From Malacoraja senta (taxonomy: Eukaryota): DNA of 64,000 nucleotides. Of the stretch, positions 13,557 through 25,909 are shown piece after piece. Position numbers and translations under genes: made by a program. The notes under the pieces were generated by a model. It saw only the letters and a list, made by a program, of their open reading frames with translations. It made no database searches and was not told the DNA's origin. The DNA lies in contig CM075977.1 of the NCBI GenBank assembly GCA_038087875.1, positions 131,564,001-131,628,000 of the forward strand, given 5' to 3'. Position 1 is the first letter of the stretch; each line of letters opens with the position of its first letter.

Positions 13557-13793
13557 AGGGCCTGTCCCACTTTCACGACCTAATTCACAACCTTTTTTAC
13601 GTGTGGACATTTTTCATCAGGCTAGAAAAATGCCCCGACCTACTTGATGCCACGAGTTCCTACGACTAGCATCACGACCTGCTACGACCTACCTACGACC
13701 TCCTACGACCTTGTGATGACCACACTGCAAGTATGAGTCAAGGGCAAACTCGGCAGAGGTCGTGAATTAGGTCGTGCAAGGGGGACAGGCCCT
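13557..13793. mobile_element. PIF/Harbinger-like MITE (237 bp)
   Basis: TIR AGGGCCTGTCCCACTTTCACGACCTAATTCAC and near reverse complement; TTA on both flanks (13554-56, 13794-96); internal CTACGACC repeats. Confidence 0.85.
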
Positions 13794-14029
13794 TTACACT
13801 TCTTACATTTTTTAAATAAAAAAAAAAAATGTCATTAAAAACAGAGCCAACTATTTAGGATGGGAGTCAAAAACCAAAAATAAACTTGGCAGAAGTGCAG
13901 GACTCTAAATTAATGGTAGCAATGGATCAAATAATTATTTAAAAACTCTGTGTATTAGCAAGGGTATTAAGGGACTTGGAACCAAGATCGATAAGTTAAG
14001 TTCAGTTTGCAATCTGCCATGATCTCATT

Positions 14030-14728
14030 GTGGACGTCCACGACCAACACCACAGCACTGGTCAAGAGAGCCCAGCAGCGACTACACCCTCTCCGAAGAC
14101 TACGTAAAGCAGGTCTCCCCACTACACACCTACGAACTTTTTATAGGGGGACAATCAAGAGCACATTAACCTACGGCATCACTTCCTGGTTCGGGAGCTG
14201 CAAGGCGTACGAACGGCACCAACTAGACAGGATTGTGAAGACCGCCAGCAGGATTATTGGTGCTCCACTCCCTTTCCTGCTGGACATATACAGGAAGAGA
14301 TGTATCAGCAGAGCCATCTCCATCATCAAAGACCCCTACCACCCATCCCATCACATATTCTCCATCCTGCCATCTGGGAAGAGGTACCGGAGCATTAGGT
14401 GCAAAACCAGCAGGATGCTCCTCAGCTTCTTCCCGCAGGTTATAAGACTGATAAACGGACTTTGTCTCCTGCCAAAGTATCGTGCACCAACCACCAACCT
14501 GGACACACTGCAGCAGAGCCACTGTCGTGCCGCTGCCGATCGGAACGCCTGTTGATGTTTAGTAGAGTAGAGTGTTAATTTGTTCATGATATATGTATTT
14601 TTACTTCTATTTATTTTTTACTGCACACACTGTAATGGACACTGGTTGAGGAATGTTTTTTTGTTTCCTCTGGGTATGCGAATACTCAGGAAATGACAAT
14701 AAAGATATACAATACAATACAATACAAT
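14030..14728 (+). mobile_element. Rex1/Babar-like LINE 3' fragment with (AATAC)n tail
   Basis: ORF 14007-14555 KRAQQRLHPLRRLRK...FYRGTIKSTLTYGITSWFG...LPSGKRYRSI; AATAAA then (AATAC)n. Confidence 0.85.
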
Positions 14729-15479
14729 TAAATTGAGGACTAGTTAAAGACACAGAATGCCCTATTTGATTCAATATATTCCTATGTAACCATCAATCAC
14801 CTATAATATACAATGATAAATTGCTGCTTAATGCAAATGATGGCCCACTGGGCCCCTGAAAAATCATTCAAGGAGGTTGTCACCTTGAATGTTACTCATA
14901 GCACCATATCGGCCAGGATATGAAGCAGGCCAGTTTATTTGAGCATTTTGTCAGGTCATAAAATTTGTGACTGTGAATCTTGTCAGGTGTTTTTACACTG
15001 ATAGATCAAGATTTAAATGAATGCTTCACTTCTCTCAGGATTTTAATGCTGTGGGATGCATCTCTCGTCTCTTCCACAGGGAAAACAAAATCTGTGGCTT
15101 GAATTTTAAAGTTTTGAATTATGATTTATCTCCTCATTCTTCCCCGACTATCAATCTGACAGTAATATACAATAAATTTCATGTAATGTTCCAAATTTGG
15201 TCCCACCAGTGAGTTCTAGGTATATTATCTCTGGCGCTGTAAGGCAGTAACTCTGCCGCCCACTTTAGATTAATCACCTGAAAAAAAGCAGTTATATGAA
15301 AGTTACAGGGTTTACATTTCTGTAAATAGGTCAGGAGGGCCTTCAATAAAGTTGTACCCCAAAACAAACATCAGTTTTCCCAATCTTTCCTGCGCAGGTC
15401 TTCTCAAATTAGTGATAGATGTCATAATTAATAATGCCTTTCAATAGTGCAAATGTAAGTGTTTGAGCTCATTTTTAAT

Positions 15480-15806
15480 ACTTTAAACTTTATAGATACT
15501 GTGCGGAAACAGGCCCTTCGGCCCACTGAGTCCGCGCCGACCAACGATCGCCCTGTACACCAACACCATCCTATACACTAGTCAATTTTAAAAATGTTTT
15601 TACAAATGTTTACAACTTACTGAAACCAATTAAGACCTACAAATCTGTACGTCTTGAGTATGGGAGGAAACCAGAGCACTCGGGGAAACCCTCTCTGACA
15701 CAGTGAGAATGTACAAACTCCATACAGACAGCACCCATAGTCAGGATCAAACCTGGGTCTCCGGTGCCTTAAGTCAGCAACTCTACTGCTGCAACACTGT
15801 GCCGCC
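15480..15806 (-). mobile_element. tRNA-derived V-SINE (HE1-like)
   Basis: GGCGGCACAGTG head, GCTGTCTGTATGGAGTTTGTACATTCTC core, GGGCCGAAGGGCCTGTTTCC CR1-type tail. Confidence 0.8.
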
Positions 15807-16869
15807 TCAAAATACAGGTGTGCAAACAAGGGTGCTGGTTTACAAATAAAGACAGTGCTGGTGTAAATCAACAGGTCAGGGAGCATCTCTAGAGTACATG
15901 GATAGGTGACGCTTTGGGTCGGGGCACTTCTCAAGACTGATGGGGGAAGAAAGCAGGAAGAGAGGAGGCTCAAGGCTGACTAGTCATAGGTGGATATAGG
16001 CGAGGTGTCTTTTTGACGGGAAGATGGTTGGACAAAGGCCCATGATAAATAGACAGAAGGTGTGTGGTGAAAGGATTGAAGAGTTGCAAATAACACTGGT
16101 GTTCCCAGGATTAATTTCAGTTCAGTTTAGTTTATTTCACCTGTACCGAGGTACAGTGAAAAACATTTGTTGTGTGCTAACCAGCCAGAGGAAAGACAAT
16201 ACGTGATCACAATCGATCCATTTACAGTGTACAGAAAAATGATAAGGGAATAAAGTTTAGTGCAAGGTAAAGCCAGTAAAGCCAATCAAAGATAGTCGTA
16301 GGGTCCCTGATGAGGTAGATAGTAGTTCAGGACTGCTATTTGTTTACAGTAGGCTGGTTCAGTTGCCTGATAACAGCTGGGAAGAAACTGTCCCTGAATC
16401 TAAATTTGCCAGTAACAGGGTCAAATCAGGCAACACAATGTTAGTCCTCAACATCTGTTGTTCTGTACACTTCCTGTACACAGAAGAAGCACGTCACTGC
16501 CACTCTGAATATAAGGGTTGGTGGAAAGCTTGCTGAAAATATGCATGCACATTTCAAGTCTGAAGTTCCGGCCCAGTCAATGCCAATACAGCCAATATAT
16601 CACACAGCCTAATTTGATTGATTACTTAAACACTATAGCACAGGCATTGGAGAGATACAGTAACTTGATAAACAATAAACAGTGCTTAAAAGGTAGGGAA
16701 TGTTCAATGTTGTTTGATAACATCCAAATTAGGTAAATGTAATCAGTTGAACATTGAGTGTGTTGTGAAGCATTGTTTCTCCTCCCCTTGACTTGCTAAT
16801 TTCTTCAAAACCAGTGACACTTTGGGCAATTCAAATGCTCATCTGGTCACTTCTTAAATACTGCCTTGA

Positions 16870-17345
16870 TTCAGCTTCAACTTTTCACCAGGCCAAGCAT
16901 TCCAGGTACTTATCAGTTTCTGAGTGAAGGTCCCCCTCAAATCTCCTCCAAATTTCTACCTTTCTCAAAATCTATGTCTTCTAATCTTATTTACTTCAAT
17001 ATGGGGAAACAATTCCAGCAGCTTACGCTATCTATATCACTTCATTATTTTATATATCTTTATCATGTCCTTTATTAATCTTCACTGCTCCAAGGAAAAT
17101 AGACCAAGTTTCTCCATTCTTTCCTCGAACTAAACTCTCCAACCAAAGGAACATTATGGTGGAAATCCTCTGTACACTCTTCAGCTCTATCACATGGTGA
17201 CCAGAACGGCATGCAGTATTCCAGATGAGGTCTGACTAAGGTTTTATCAAGTTGGTACATAAGCCCCACTTCTGTATTCAATGCTCTGACTAATGAAGGC
17301 CACTACCCCTCATGCCTTCCTACCATGTGACCTGTGTTTCTCCCT
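16870..17345 (-). mobile_element. CR1 LINE fragment (interrupted by BEL; resumes about 18658-18800)
   Basis: ORF 17075-17281 LVRPHLEYCMPFWSP. Confidence 0.7.
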
Positions 17346-18657
17346 TCAATGATCTAAGGACTTGTATCATTAAGATCGGATAATGGTACAAATTTTGTTG
17401 GAGCAGAAAGAGAATTAAGAGAAGCACTTTTATCAGAATAAAATTCAGAGTGTTATGCATCAGGATGGGATAGAATGGAATTTTAATCCTCTGGCGGGTT
17501 CTCATCACGGCGGTGTTTGGGAACGATTGATCCACATGGTTAGAAATGGGCTACGCTCTGTTCTTAAATAACAAGTTCTGGACGATGAAGGATTGCAAAC
17601 TTTATTTTGTGAAGTTGAAGCAATTTTAAATGATCGACCCATTACTAAGAGTTCCGATGATCCGACCCAATGCTACCACCTGGGCTCTTTGTGAAAGAAG
17701 ATTTGTATATGAGATGCAGATGGAGACAAGTACAATATTTGGCAGATCTTTTTTGGAAAAGATGGACACAAGAATATTTGCCTCTGATCCAAGAACGACA
17801 ATGATGGTTGAAAGGAAGAAGACATTTTATTCCAGGTGATATCGTTTTGGTGGTTGATTCTACTGCACCACGAGGTTCTTGGTTGATGGGAATGATACTG
17901 GAGATCATGCCAGATGTTAAAAGGTTTGGTGCGTATAGTACGACTTCAGACTAAGAACAATGTCTTGGTAAGACCGATAACCAAGATATATCTGCTACTA
18001 GAAGGCGGAAATGAAGATGGAAGAATCGCTAAAGAAGTCTGAATGCTGATACATAATGCTTATTACTTTTGTTTTTTGATATATGTTAAGCTTTTATAGC
18101 TCCTTTTTTAATGTCTATTAGTAATTGCCTCGTTATATACTCAGAACAATTAGGGGCCGGTATGTTGGAGCCATTAAGCTTAACTAAGTTTATTATAGTC
18201 ATGTCTAGTTACCTTTACTTACTATCTGCCTGTGTTAATGTGAGTGGGATTTTATATGTAGTCTGGGGCGTGTTTTTGGCTAGAGGAGTCGGGCGCAGAC
18301 CCTTAGATGATTAGTTAATAGTTTGATGTCGGGGCCATGGGATGAAACCGTTTTCAACCATGACCACAAGCATCAATTGGAACATATATATGTTGTCAGA
18401 CAATGTACTTTTACAAGAAGATGTTTTTAGGATTTATCTGACATGAATGGAACGATGATTAAGAACGGAAAGTTATGAGTTATTTCATTGATTTGTATTA
18501 CTACAATAAAGAAGCTATTAATCAAGAGACTACTTCTGGTAGATTCATCTTTGCTGTTTTAAATGTGTCATGGAGTGCGTGAGACTACTTTTCTAATCCG
18601 ACAAATTAGTGGCTATCGAAGGTTGAACTTTGAGAAGTTGTAAACACCGCCACTACA
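17346..18657 (+). mobile_element. BEL/Pao LTR retrotransposon 3' end (integrase core/C-terminus, PPT, 3' LTR about 18163-18657)
   Basis: Reads IRSDNGTNFVGAERELREAL...WNFNPLAGSHHGGVWERLI...LQTLFCEVEAILNDRPIT...ADLFWKRW across frameshifts; AATTAGGGGCCGG PPT before TGTT...; ends ...CTACA. Confidence 0.85.
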
Positions 18658-20683
18658 CTGAGGTTCCTCTGGTCAATTTTGTTATTTGTATGTCTTAATC
18701 TTATTGGTACTCCTAAAATGCATCATTTCACACTTGATATATTAAAATCCATCTACCATTGATCAGCTCATTTCATCAACATATCAATGCCTCCCTGCAG
18801 CCTTTCGAAAGTTTCAAAGAAAATAAGGTGATGTAGTGAACAAAGAAGCAATGACCAATTGATGTCAATTTTATGTTTTAAAAGCTTCAAAGCTTAAAAT
18901 GGAAAACTGAAGTAGGTTAGAACTGTCTTTCTCTGATTTCCTTGAAATCCTCTCATTTTAACCATAATGTAGTCAAACACCTTAAATACAATCTGAAATC
19001 TAGTCATCTCTAATGATGCTTTGCTCTTAAGCATGTAATACAGCAATTTTATGTTTTTAGTACCAGATCGAGCACACTTCTGAGGTTGGCTAACAACCCA
19101 TTGGGACTGATGATATAATTATCAATACAAAATTGAATGTAACTAATTATAATAAAGTAATATCTGAAACTATACCCAGGGCTAGATTCAAGATCCATTA
19201 TTCTGCTCAAGCAGAACATTTTACCATTCAGCGTCTACTTTCACGTATTAGTAATGATTACTCATTCATAAAGAGCAATCAATTTTTCATATTTAGCAAA
19301 TGTGTACATCAAGAATCTGACTGAAAGACTATTTAATAGCTTTATAATAAACATTTTTACAAAGAACAAATTGGTGAATTAAATTTATTTTAAGGCACAA
19401 TACCTTGAAGAGAGCTGAAACATTCAATCTTCAAATATTTTATGCTGCATATTACTCTAAAGATTTTAGTTTAATTGTGTGACCACAAGGCTTAAAGCTA
19501 ATTTCAATTGACTGTTTATTAACCATATAAAATACAATGATTTGAACTCAGCTTGTTGGATTACTTGTTTTCCCAGGCAACAAATTTAGTACATCGAGTT
19601 CAGGGTAACACAGTGGTGCAGTTGTAGAGTTGCTACCTTCCAGTGGCAGAGACCCCGGTTCCAGATAAAATCACATTGATCAGGTCATAAGAATCAGACA
19701 TTCTCTACACTTTTCATGTGAGCAGGTCAGATATTTCCAGTGTCACATGAACACCTGACAATGTTGGCAATGACACAGCATTTATTTTGAGTAAGGGATT
19801 TAAAGCCCTGTCTCACGGTGCGAGTTGACCCACGAGTGACCCCGAGTGAAAGACTCGTGGTTGCGTTCGAGACTCCAAGTTTATGATCAACCGAGTTTAA
19901 CCGAGTTCCCACGTGTATGTCTAAGTTTGCCGTTTACTTCTCATTTCTGCGATGTTCCAAGTTCCTCTCCCGAGTTACCAAGTTCCTCTCGCGAGTTACT
20001 CTTGAGCCAACCGTGAATGAAGGCCTGTTTTAAGTATCAAATAGAGGAGCTGGACAGCATCTCATACAGTAAGTATATTCTGATTCAGTATTGAAAGTTA
20101 TTCAATTTCAGAACTTTAAAAAACTAGGCAAGATTTCGGCCCCGCACTCGTTGCCATTGTGCAACAAGGAGGCGGTGGCGGCAAAGCAAGTGTTAAAGAA
20201 GAGAGCTCCATCCTGCGGCTTTTTAAAGGTAGAATTCAGCGCGGCAGCATCTATTGATATGACCTACAAAGGGAAAATGCGCACCGTCCAGTGCCAGAGC
20301 TAGGCTGGGATCATTCTCTGCTCTCATCTCTCTCTTTCTGTGTGTGCATTTGCAGGGGGAAGAGCGGTCTACCTCGCTGGGGCACAAGACCTCTGCCGTC
20401 TGCCACTTGCAGCCATCAACTTGTTTGTTCCTTTGGTGCGCCTCATCTGCCCTGCTCCCATCCCAGCGCTGCCCCAGCTCTCTGCCCCATTCTCTTGGAA
20501 ATGTCGCTTCCGCCACTGTAACGAGGAGGGGTCCGGCTGGCTGGCTTGGTGGGTGGGTGGGTGGGTGAGCAGGGAGGGGGAGTGGGTACAAACCACCGAA
20601 TCCATTCTCAAAAGTCGGGCAGAGCCGTGTAGAACTCACGTTTCTCTCTGCTTCATATACGTGGGAATTCCCTCAGTATGGTC

Positions 20684-22232
20684 ACTCAGCGGGCAGGCAG
20701 CATCTCTGGAGAGAAGGAATGGGTGACGGGATGACGTTTAAAATTTATATCATGGGCAAACCATCTTGCCCCAGGCTGCTTTACATTATTTATTGTGTTG
20801 AGTTGTTTGTGAGGCTGGGACATCTCTGAGGGTCGCCACCTTGTAGTGGAGACATATGCGTCTGCCTTGATCCTGTAAGCAGGCCACATGGCAGGAAAGT
20901 CGAGGGGGAGGTCCCTGACAAAGGGCGGCCCAAGAAGATGACCTCAGTGGAACAGGCCGAGGATGGTGTTTGACCGGCGGCTGAGGCGGAAGAAGGCTGC
21001 AGCAGGGAGAGACTCCCAACCGTGGTGGAGCCCATATCATTGGACCCGGGACTGTCAGTGAATGTTGTCAGGTTAAAGAGGGTGGACTTGTCTGTTCTGA
21101 GCAGTCCCTGGGCTTCAGTCAAGGGTCAGTGTGTGGGGCAGTGCCCTGGAGTTTACATCCTGCTGATCCCTGTAGACATCCACCATGGTTCCCCGCTCCC
21201 CATCCCTCTCTCAATGTGTGACGGAGAATGGCCGAGACTCTAGTGTACTGAGTTTGAAGCCATTATCCTGTCAGTGAGGGTGATGAGAAACAGGAAGGAC
21301 AGTGAGTTGTCCCTTACCCCGACGTAAACAGCCCTTTATTCTGGAATCGACACCACTACCTCTGCTGATCTGGTTTAGAGAGGAAAGATCATAAAGCAAG
21401 GTCATATTCAACAAGTGCAGTTTGAGGACATTGGATTTTCCTCTCCACATTTTATTGTTTTTTGTAGCCAGAAAAGTCAAAACATGCAATCATTATTATC
21501 TTTAATTCTTACGTATCTTCGTGATGTAAACATTGTTAATCTCCAGTCAATTATATTCCCTCCTTTACTGAAACAACCCTGACTGATCATCTCTATGTCA
21601 TTGGGTTGGAGAACATGATCCCACAGGTGAACAACAGTTATCTCTCCGACAAACGACTGACTGGCGTCAAAACCTCCACCAACTGAGTCTTGTTCCTGAC
21701 CTAGAATAAACTGACCAGACCCTTTCACAACCTGACCCTTATCACCAACCTTCCGTACACTGCGTCTCCCATTGACCCAGACTGTTATCTCACCCCCTTG
21801 AGACTCCCAGGTCACACAGATGTGTCTCAGTAAAGAATTCATGTCTGGGATGTAAAACTCTGTTATAACATTTCCTAAATACAGCCAGAGTTGTGTTTTA
21901 GATTCTTCCCAAATCAGCAGTTCGTTGTCGGAAAAGCTCGTTGCGTAGGAGAGCACACTGTAAGAGTGAGTCGCTTCAGAGGCTGCCCTGAAACAGACAA
22001 CAAAGGCGGTCAAACTGGTGAAGTCAGGCGCATGCAACCTGACGAAGCTGTTGGATGTTTTGCTTGAAAATACCACTGATTTCGCATCCAATCCTGTAAA
22101 ATGTGAAGAGTTAAGATTGTCATATGTCAGTTTAAAGTTGCTGCAGATGGAGCACAAAGACGCAGCAGAAATTTGGAAAAGTCATCCCGTCACCCATTCC
22201 TTCTCTCCAGAGATGCTGCCTGCCCGCTTAGT
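20684..22232. repeat. 52-bp inverted repeat pair (20684-20735 / 22181-22232) derived from PLE terminal repeat
   Basis: ACTCAGCGGGCAGGCAGCATCTCTGGAGAGAAGGAATGGGTGACGGGATGAC and reverse complement with one mismatch. Confidence 0.9.
21477..22093 (-). CDS. Short pentraxin (C-reactive protein / serum amyloid P-like), terminal coding exon; signal-peptide exon not found
   Basis: Pentraxin signature HICVTWES, first Cys in AFVVCFR, DNELLI, ILGQEQDSVGGGFDASQSFVGEI, LWDHVL, GNIIDW; no stops over about 205 codons; acceptor CTTAACTCTTCACATTTTACAG|GA, phase 1, as in CRP/SAP exon 2; minus-strand AATAAA at 21451-56 and 20789-94. Confidence 0.9.
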
Positions 22233-23329
22233 TAAAGAGTGCCCACGGTAGACTCACGAGACACTAAGGTAAACTCACGGGCCACTACGTTCTTACAACG
22301 AGTTTAAATTTCAAATTTTAACCTCAAGAGTACATTTTACTCGTGGAAAAGTTTAAACATGTTTGAATTTTTCCAAGAGTTAACAAGTGTCACGGGTACC
22401 TGCCGTTAGCGTTAAGAGTCGCTAAGTTGCGTCCACGAGTTCCGACGTTCCCGCTACGTTAATCGTACGTGATTACCACGAGTTAAATTTATTTTAAGCT
22501 CGGGGTACCTCGTGGGTCAGCTCGCACCGTGAGACAGGGGTTTTAGCATCCAACCTATAACTGTCATTGAAAATTTACAGCGGAATCAGGGTGCATTGCA
22601 CGACTTTGTTTTAGTCTCTTGTTCACGAAAATTGTAACTGGTTACCTGTGACTGTGACCAACTGGTTAACTGGCCACAATCATTACTTCTGTGAAATTAA
22701 GAAACTAAGAGATAAGGACAGTAGGCAGAACTGGCTCCATAAGAGGCAGGAAGAAAGAGCATGCTACCTAAAGTTGGAGAATTTATTACACTGGGCAGAG
22801 TATTCTTGGATTGGCAGAGTTCGTTTTTCTTGGACAGGAGCAGGCTGTGGGGTGATCTGATAGAGGCATACAAATTAGGTGGATTTATCCACAAAGGGGT
22901 GGATAATGAGAAACATTTCCCCACAGTGCAAACCGGAGGATCGTTGTCCTCTTGAATCGAGCACCCTTGGAAGTGGTGGAGGCAGACAGTTGAAAGTATT
23001 TGGACAAGCATTTGTATCACAAAGGCATAAAAGGCTTCAGACGAAGTGCTGGTAAATGAGATCAGTATAGCTACCACTGGGAGTGTAGATCATGCATTTA
23101 CTGCCCAGATATATCGAACTGGCCAGTAACCAAAAGCCGTTCAGAACACTTTACTACCAAAATGTATCACAGATAGGCATTTGCTGCTTTCCCACCCAGC
23201 AGAGCAATTGCCTGTTTCGCACACATGTACCTGACAGATCACTAATACATTATCTTCATGGTCTATGTTTTTATTTCCTTAACAACTGACTATACACAAA
23301 GGTCTCCCAAAGATTCATCCAACAGTTAG

Positions 23330-23620
23330 GAGTGGCATAGTCATGCAGCTGGCAGAGCTTCTGCCTCGCAGTGCAAGAGACCTGCATTCATTCCTGACTT
23401 TGGTGCTGTCTGTGTGGAGTTTGCACATTCTCCCTGTGACCACCTGGGTTTCTTCCCATATCCAAAAGACGTGCGGGTTTGTAGGTTAATTGGCCTCTGT
23501 AAATTGCCCCAGTGTGTAAGGAGTGGATGCGAACAGAGAATAACATAGAATTAGTGATCAATGGTCGGCGTGGACCTGATGGGCCAAATGCCCTGTTTCC
23601 ATGCTGTATCTCTCAATCAA
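23330..23620 (+). mobile_element. V-SINE (HE1-like)
   Basis: GTGCTGTCTGTGTGGAGTTTGCACATTCTCCCTGTGACC core and CCTGTTTCCATGCTGTATCTC tail. Confidence 0.8.
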
Positions 23621-24683
23621 TTAATCAACGTTTTAAGTGAATATGGAAGCAGGAAAGTTGAAGAGAAGGGCAAGAACAAAAAGGATAAGTCCATGATAGG
23701 GTAAAAAGTCGAGTTATTAAATGACAGAGAGCTGATTAGGCAAGCAGGAGGTGCAGCTGTGTTTCCAGCATTTTCTGTTTTTATTTTAATAAAATATTCT
23801 CCTTTTGTCTAACTAGGCAAGTGTCAGAAAATTTCAACATATGTTCCCTTACATTGGACCATTTTTTGAAATTGATGACAAAGACAGAAATGCTGGAAGA
23901 TCTCACCCAGTCAAGCAGCATCTGTGGAAAGAAGAACCTGCTAACATTTCAGGAGGAAGGACCATCATCTGAACTTCTTACGTTTTTTGAGACTGATGAG
24001 ATAGTTATCATATGTACTAGAAATAGCATGCAATATCAAAATTTAGACAGAAAAAGGCACCAAGAAATTACTTTCACCTCTTTGTCAAGAGCAAAAGCAC
24101 CAGTAGAAGCGGGGACAGTTCAAATGACCACCTAAGTTTGCTCCAGCATTCAATAAGATCACTGCTGATCTGATCTTAGCCTCAACTTCACTTTCTTGCC
24201 TGGCCTTCGTAACTCCTGCTTTCTGATGGCAGAATATGATAGAGATATTAAATGACAGAGGACTGATTAGACAAGCAGGAGGTGCGGTGATGGGAGAAGT
24301 AAAGATAACAAAAATGGATTTGGAGAATTTAAATTAAATAAAATTGATTAATTGAATAATTGCTAATCAGAATCAAACAAATACTGGCATTTTGTTTGTC
24401 TCTGATTGGCCCAGTCCACTTCAAAGGACAGTTTAGAGTCAACCACCATAATGGGTCTGGAGTCACATGACCAGTCAGGACATATAAGTACAACAAGTGC
24501 CCTTTGGCCCAACGCTTCAATGGTGATCAAGATGCACCAGCTAAGCTAGTCCCATTTGCCCATGTTTTGTCCTTCTACCCGTGACCTGCGTGGGTTTTCT
24601 CGAGGTGCTCCAGAATTTCTCCCACAGTACAAAGACAGAGGTTTGTAGGTTAATTGGCTTGGTAAAATTGTAAATTGCCCTTA

Positions 24684-25488
24684 TGGGTTTGTCCCACTTA
24701 GGCGATGTTTCAGCGGACTGCCGGCGACTGTCAAGTTGTCGGCAGTCGGCAACCGGGAACTGGAACGTCGACTTGCAGAGTGGAACATACACACACAAAC
24801 ACAAACACATCGCAAAGGCGGGGGCCATGGCAAGCGGAGGAGCGCTGTCTGAAATTCATACGGTATAAAGCCAAGGTGATACAGACACACAACGAGATGA
24901 ACAGGAATGTTGGCGCTGTAATTAAGACGGCTAGCACAGTGTATGGTCAGTCCTTTAAACGAGGGGAGAAGGGGGGAGAAGGGGGGAGGGGGGGGAGAAG
25001 GGGGGAGCAGGAATGGATACAACTTTTAAGAAGACAGATAACTTTTAATAAGCCAGAGATACACAACTGTGAAGTTCGGCAGACATTTAACATAACCGGT
25101 CGGTTATCCTTGGTTCTGAAAACTCCTGCTTACAATTTTTCCCCCAAATGACCAGTCAGCAAAGGCGATGAACTTAAATTACCTACGACTACCGCGACGA
25201 CCCATTACTACATGGCGACCCCACTACAACAGCACCTATGACTACAGGATTATTGATTTTCTCCATGGTGACCAATTTTTGGTCGCAGAAAAATTTTCAA
25301 CATGTTGAAAAATTTGCGGCAACCATAATGAGGCCGCGAACAATTCCCAGAATGCAGGAACTCCTCGCGACCATGAAGGATACTCACCAGAGACCATTAG
25401 CGCACATTTGCCGACCATGTGGCGACCATGTGGTGAGCGCAGAGTCTCCTGCACTCGCCTCTATAGTCGCCTAAGTGGGACAGGCCCA
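24684..25488. mobile_element. PIF/Harbinger-like MITE (805 bp) inserted in a V-SINE (about 24570-25582)
   Basis: TGGGTTTGTCCCACTTAGGCGA...TCGCCTAAGTGGGACAGGCCCA; TTA on both flanks; SINE sequence continues on both sides. Confidence 0.85.
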
Positions 25489-25909
25489 TTAGTATTAGTG
25501 TGCAGGGATTGCTGGTCGATCGGCTCAGTGGGCTGAAGGGTTTGTTTCCGCGCTGTATCTCTGAACTCTAAACTAAACTAAAATAATAACCCGACAAATC
25601 TCCCCTGCACTCTCTTCAATGCAATCATGTCCCAACCTACCGTGTGGGGAACAGAACTGCAAAGAGCACTCCAGCTGTGGCCTAACCAATGTTTTATAAA
25701 ATATAAAATTCTTACTCATATTTTATGCCCCATAACATCCTTGCTCTTATATTTTATGACCCAGCTAATGATGATATATATTCCATATACATTATTCACA
25801 ATGTAACTGTTTGTATCTGTAACACTATATTCTTCACTCTGTTTATTTTCTCTTTTGCACAACCTCATGCATGGTATAATTTATGTGGATAGCACATAAA
25901 ATTGTTTCT

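Larger units (their letters stand above)
19803..22542. mobile_element. 2.74-kb non-autonomous PIF/Harbinger-like TIR element carrying a pentraxin exon
   Basis: Left AAGCCCTGTCTCACGGTGCGAGTTGACCCACGAG vs right reverse complement AACCCCTGTCTCACGGTGCGAGCTGACCCACGAG (32/34); TTA at 19800-02 and 22543-45; right arm homologous to the MITE at 28338-28653. Confidence 0.82.

Noticed and set aside
15760-15806. tRNA genes at SINE heads
   Set aside because: Decayed A/B-box-like heads run directly into SINE bodies; no complete cloverleaf.
22094-22157. N-terminal extension of the pentraxin ORF (MCSICSNFKLTYDNLNSSHFT) as a real start
   Set aside because: The start is not ATG, the peptide is not a signal peptide, and it overlaps a branch point, pyrimidine tract and AG, so it is intron.
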